A DNA stretch of 64,000 bases from Paraspadella gotoi (taxonomy: Eukaryota > Animalia > Chaetognatha), in the NCBI GenBank assembly GCA_051294375.1, contig CM119269.1:11142883-11206882 (forward strand), given 5' to 3'. Shown piece by piece: positions 59,131 through 64,000 of the stretch. Both the position numbers and the translations under genes were made by a program. Numbering within the stretch: the stretch's first letter is position 1; every line of letters begins with the position of its first letter. The notes beneath the pieces are model-generated. The model made no database searches. It saw only the letters and a list, made by a program, of their open reading frames with translations, and was not told the origin of the DNA.

Positions 59131-59364
59131 TGAAGAGACAGTAATTATTGTTGTGTTAGTGACAGAACCGTTCAATATAAGAAGTCCCTGAGCTTCGGAT
59201 CAGGATGTAACACCGTGTTACAGGCGGGTTAAGCGCCCCGTCCCTCTCAACTGCCAGACGACCACCGGGCTAGAACCCCGGACCTTTGGGTTGGGAGGCG
59301 AATGACTTGCCTCCGGCTTCAATGGCCGCTGATGAACGATTGGTGGATTTTAGTCCACCATACT
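59131..59364 (-). mobile_element. Solo LTR, family A
   Basis: Same LTR as 58129-58349 with the same left flank, but not adjoined by PPT/internal region. Confidence 0.7.
59181..59254 (-). ncRNA. Twister ribozyme (type P5), best-preserved copy
   Basis: GCAGTT GAGA GG GACGG GGCGCT U^AA CCC GC C TGTAACA-CGG-TGTTACA T CCTGA TCCGAAGC TCAGG GACTTC. T1 CGG/CCG and T2 GC/GC are intact; predicted cleavage between 59231 and 59230. P2 is 1 bp shorter than in crystallised twisters. Confidence 0.7.
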
Positions 59365-62300
59365 ACTAAGCTAGATCAAAAACTCTGAATTTTCTGTATA
59401 CAAATGTTGTACATTTTATTCTCGCGAACATATAATATTGTTGTCTTTCTTTATTTCTTGCAAAAAAAAATATATTCTGGCAAGGTCTATTTTATGCTTT
59501 AGGTTTTATACTTTTTTTTGTATAGACTATAAACTATAGTTTTTCTTTCATAAATTCGTTTCTAAATAAATTTAAATTAGAATAAAGTATTACTTCTGTT
59601 CATGAAAAATACAAATAGTTGACAAATTAACCGATTTTAATGGTTAACCGTTAAAATTTGGCATTTTTCACCGATGATTAAAATTTAGAAAATTAATCGT
59701 TTTTCACCACAAGTTAGCAAGAGAGACAGTACTACCTGCGAGAGGCCGCCCAACTAGTGTGAGATACTCTGTACCCGGACTTGCTTTTGCTCTAAATAGG
59801 AGTGAAACTACGATAAAATTCAATGTGCAGACCTCAATTTACTATCCGTCAATTAGCCAAATATATATTTATAATTTAAATTAAATTTAAAAAATCCTAT
59901 CTCGATTTTTTCTCGTCGTTGAGGCGTTGCTACTTTGTTTTTAAAGAAAAATAATTAGGGTAGAACAACGTATTTCTAGCGCCGTCTCGTGATAATCAGT
60001 AGGATGAAAAACAAATGTTATTGGAGTTGATTAAACATAAACAGTTTAATACATATTGCATATTTATTACATATTGCTCTTATATCTATAAAATATATTA
60101 AATTTTGAGGAAAGACTTTGAAATCTTCACTCTTCCCATAATTTCTTTATTCATTTTGAAATGTTTCATAACTGCTGTGCTGACCCTAGCGTTTAATTTA
60201 AAGCTTGTAATTTATCTAAATAGTATATATATGTATATTTACCTATCCCGTCTTCTTTCTAGATAAGTCAATTACGGGACGAAACCGACTAGGTTCACTG
60301 ACGGTGTTGCTAATCCTCAGTGCTACGAAGAAGAATTATAGCAATTTTTCTACAACAAGCTACAACAAAAACTTGGCTCAAAAACTTGCATCATGGTTAC
60401 GCACAAAATATTATCACCTCTCTTTTCGCTCCGTTTCTTTTGCTTTATCCCCGAATTTAATTTTAAACTTGAAGACGCTGTCGGATCAGCGTATTACGAT
60501 CGTTGTATTATTAGAATCTACAAAATTGTACCTTTAATTCGATATGTATTTTCACAATGTTTATTGCATTTATCAATTCATAAACATTCTATTTGTATGT
60601 TTAAAATAACAAACGGATCCGGTGTTAGGGTGAAATTATCAAGTGCTTTCGATCAGGTCCGATCGCGATATACATAAACATTGTATTTTGTCAATTGTCG
60701 CTGGTTATTATTTTTCGATAATAAACTTTACGTCTACATTAAAAAGTGCCCCTTTAAACTTAGTATTTAACCAAAACATATTCTTAAATTTAAAACCCAG
60801 TTAGGTTAATATCTCATTAAAATTTGAAAGAACATTGTAATTATCCGTTCAATAAATTCTTCTGATAATCTATCTCGTAACTGCTGTATCGATATTAATT
60901 ACCAATGCTGACATTTTTACAACATAGGAAATAACTCGTGTTTTTCGTATAAATAACACCTGAAGCGCTACCGTGTACGAAAATCGAAAATAAAAACTCG
61001 AGCGCACCTCTTGCTCAGCAGCTGCAATTGAAGCAGCAGTCGCGGATTTTGTGAGTCGCAGTCGCAGCTCGGATCCGCTGTTGCCTGAGAGTGCCAAGTG
61101 CCAATCCCAAGGTGGAACCGATCGACGAATTAGTGGTAAATCTCTTTTCGTCTTACTTTCATCGATTCTTTACATAACGATCGGTTTACTTGAGTCGCTT
61201 GACCCGCATTTTTCTTCAAGAAATAAAAGAAAAATCGCATTTTTTGAACCTCTTTTTCGGCATTAATGACAATTAATATAACTCTTCAAGTTCCGGTTAA
61301 ATTAATGTTACCGATTTTTCAAGTTGTGATAGTTTTTCTTTCTCCATTCAAGGTCTACCAAGTTTAATTATATTTGCTTATTTGATAATTTTATTGCTAA
61401 TTTATTTGTAAATTTATTGTTAATTCTAATGCATTAAGGAATATGGATTTACACATCCGATCATCGAAATTGACGTTATTAGGTTATTACTTTTTTAGAT
61501 TGGAGAATAAATTTGAATACATTGAAGATACCCCGGTTCCGTTCGCGAGTGACACCATAAAAATGAGTACCATTTCTCATTGGATAAATATTTTTTAAAT
61601 TTTCTTTCCCTATTCTATAGCAAAGTACTGGACTTTATTATATTTTAATTTCATAAGATTAATTTGATATTTTCTTATGTAAAACAACCTTTCTTTAATG
61701 GTCAATGGTCATCCAATTTCATCTTCAGTAAAAAACTGAATCTTTTAAAAAAAGAAAATCATTATAATTGAATTATTTATTAATTATTTAAAATTATTAA
61801 AATTTATTTATACCATTAAATTAAAAATTATCTGGGAATCCTTACGATATAAAATAATTATTCAAGAACATGCTCAGGACAACATTTTTTTCTAATTAGA
61901 TTATTTGTATAAAGAAAACGTATGATTTATAATTAAAAAAATAAATAAAAAATCCTTACTCAGAAATTACTCAACTTTACAATAATTCACATATGCCATT
62001 GATTATATCACTAATAAGGATTTTTTATGATGTAATTCTTTTTAAATTCAATCAAGAAAATGTCTAAATTTTAGGCTAAAATAGTTTTTTTTCGCCAATT
62101 TTACGGTGTGAGATAAAAAATTAAACATAGAATAGTAAATGAATTAAACACAAAATGAAACTTATATTAATGATATACTTATGAATTATATTTATTAAAT
62201 ATTTAAACTATAGTAAAGATTTTTTTGGTGTAACTCGCAAACGGACACGGGGTATAAAACTAAAACTAGGTGTTTAGTCCATTCTTAGCAGAAAGTAAAA

Positions 62301-62611
62301 GAAAAGGTATTCAGTATTGTTTTTTTGGGCGTTACTTGGTAGTTTTAATATCAATTTAAGGAATTGTTTTTTTTTTAAATAGGAGTGCATTTCAAGACGT
62401 GTTTGATTGGGAAACAATGATTTCGCCATGTCCCAAATTTTTCGGGTTTCGGTAAGACCGTTTTTTATAATTCATTAATGTACAGTATTATTGTCGAATA
62501 CGGAAGCTCACAAATATTATCTAAACGTCGCAAGATAGTCGAAATTTATTAATTCCTTTTTTGGGCATCAGACTGGGTTCCCGATCGCTCATCAAACTCC
62601 AAAACCAAAAG

Positions 62612-63992
62612 AAACGTCTGCTTGGTCGAATGGCTCTTTTACGCCTTCTTTTTTTTGGAATTCTCGCGCCTGTTTTGTGTCGTTTTTGTAATGTTTAATG
62701 AAAAGTTTGGATAGTTTTTGGAAAAATCTTGGACCCGTCATTAAATTAGGTGATTTTTTGCGTTACTTCATTTTGTAGAATTGAGATGCTGAGAGACTGG
62801 ATTTATTATATATATATATATAATTATATATATATATGTATAATATTTATTTCATGATTATATTATGGCCAATATTCAAAGCCCTGCATTTATGTCGGAA
62901 TGATAATATAAAGAGTAAAACGCAATAAGATTTTTCAGCGAGCACATACTCTCCAAGATTGGTTAGTGTGACCAACACCAGCCCCCCTTTACCATTAAAG
63001 TATTTTTATTTTATTTATTTCTTTCTAAAAATCAATGTCAAACATACATAGTACAGCGCAGCGTTAGCAGATAAGGTCACCTTCGAGTACGTGTCTTGTT
63101 GCCCACGTCCTCCTATCGCGTCTCGCGACGAAACTTAGTGGAGCGGTGGGCACGAGACGAGAACGTGGACTCGCTGGAATTTGTTGTCGACGACCGCCAC
63201 ACAAGTTGCTCATTTATGACGAAAAAGAGGGAAAGGGTCCGCCGATCGGCGAATGCGGAATGACAATCGAAGCACGGGCGAAGGCCAGAGTTGGCCTGCA
63301 ATGACGATCGGAAGACCAGTGAATTCGAGTCGAGTATTGCCGTCAAATTAGCGATCGTCAAAATGATTAGTATCCGAGGGACATTGGACGTAAAGGGGAA
63401 AGTCTTTCGGGTTCCTTCGAAAATTTCGAAGCTCGCGTTTATTCCATAAAACTCAATTCGAAAGGCAGGCGGACCTGTTGAAGTAGAAATTAGAAATGTG
63501 ATTTATATGATAACTTTCAGGCTGCAGCATCTTATAATGATCTGGAAACTCTGGTATTTAAGGCAACATTTAGAAAAACATTTTAACACGGCAGGATCCC
63601 CCTATGATTCCCATGGCACACTAGCGCAGAACTCACATGTTAGCGTTAGAACTCTTAATGGCCGCATGCGAACTGGCCGCGGAACTGCGCGAGAGCCACC
63701 CGGATTGACCGGAACGTTAGCCTGCTAAGCCTATCCGACATAAATGCAGGCTTTGAATATTGGCCATAAAATAATCAAGATAAATATATAACTATAATAT
63801 AATAAAAATCCATTTCTCAGCATCTCAAATCTACAAATCGAAGTAACGCAAAAAAATCACCTATTTAAAGACGGGTCCAAGATTTTTCCAAAAACTATCC
63901 AAACTTTCATTAAACATTACAAAAACGACACAAACAGGCCGACGAGAATTCCAAAAAAGAAGGCGTAAAAGAGCCAATTCGACAGCAAACGT
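62612..63992. mobile_element. Foldback/long-TIR element, probably extending past the window
   Basis: 62612-62898 is the reverse complement of 63734-63992 (~260-290 bp arms) around an ~835-bp spacer. Confidence 0.65.
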
Positions 63993-64000
63993 TGTTGGAG

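Overview
AT-rich invertebrate (metazoan) genomic window with short introns and many (GA/CT)n tracts. Three protein-coding genes are supported by manual splicing. (1) A minus-strand rhodopsin-class peptide/chemoreceptor-like GPCR (TM1 exon ~11.7-11.9 kb; TM2 and TM3 exons frameshifted in an error-rich 1-8.5 kb segment). (2) A 20-exon TBC1D15/17-type Rab GAP (15810-28284), with an apparent internal-promoter isoform that has a different 286-aa N-terminus. (3) Brachyury (33979-53459, 10 coding exons). Intergenic and intronic DNA holds nested TIR elements, two Helentron-type non-autonomous elements, and Penelope-type inverted repeats with minimal hammerhead ribozymes. The most striking signal is a small non-coding LTR (TRIM/retrozyme-like) element: TG...CA LTRs of ~235-245 bp, a tRNA-Trp-like PBS and a PPT. 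Each intact LTR carries a tRNA-derived Pol III-like module directly followed by a circularly permuted (type-P5) twister-ribozyme fold whose P1 is reduced to a self-complementary hexamer. Two diverged subfamilies share this architecture with covarying stems. All calls were made by eye; no searches or folding programs were run.
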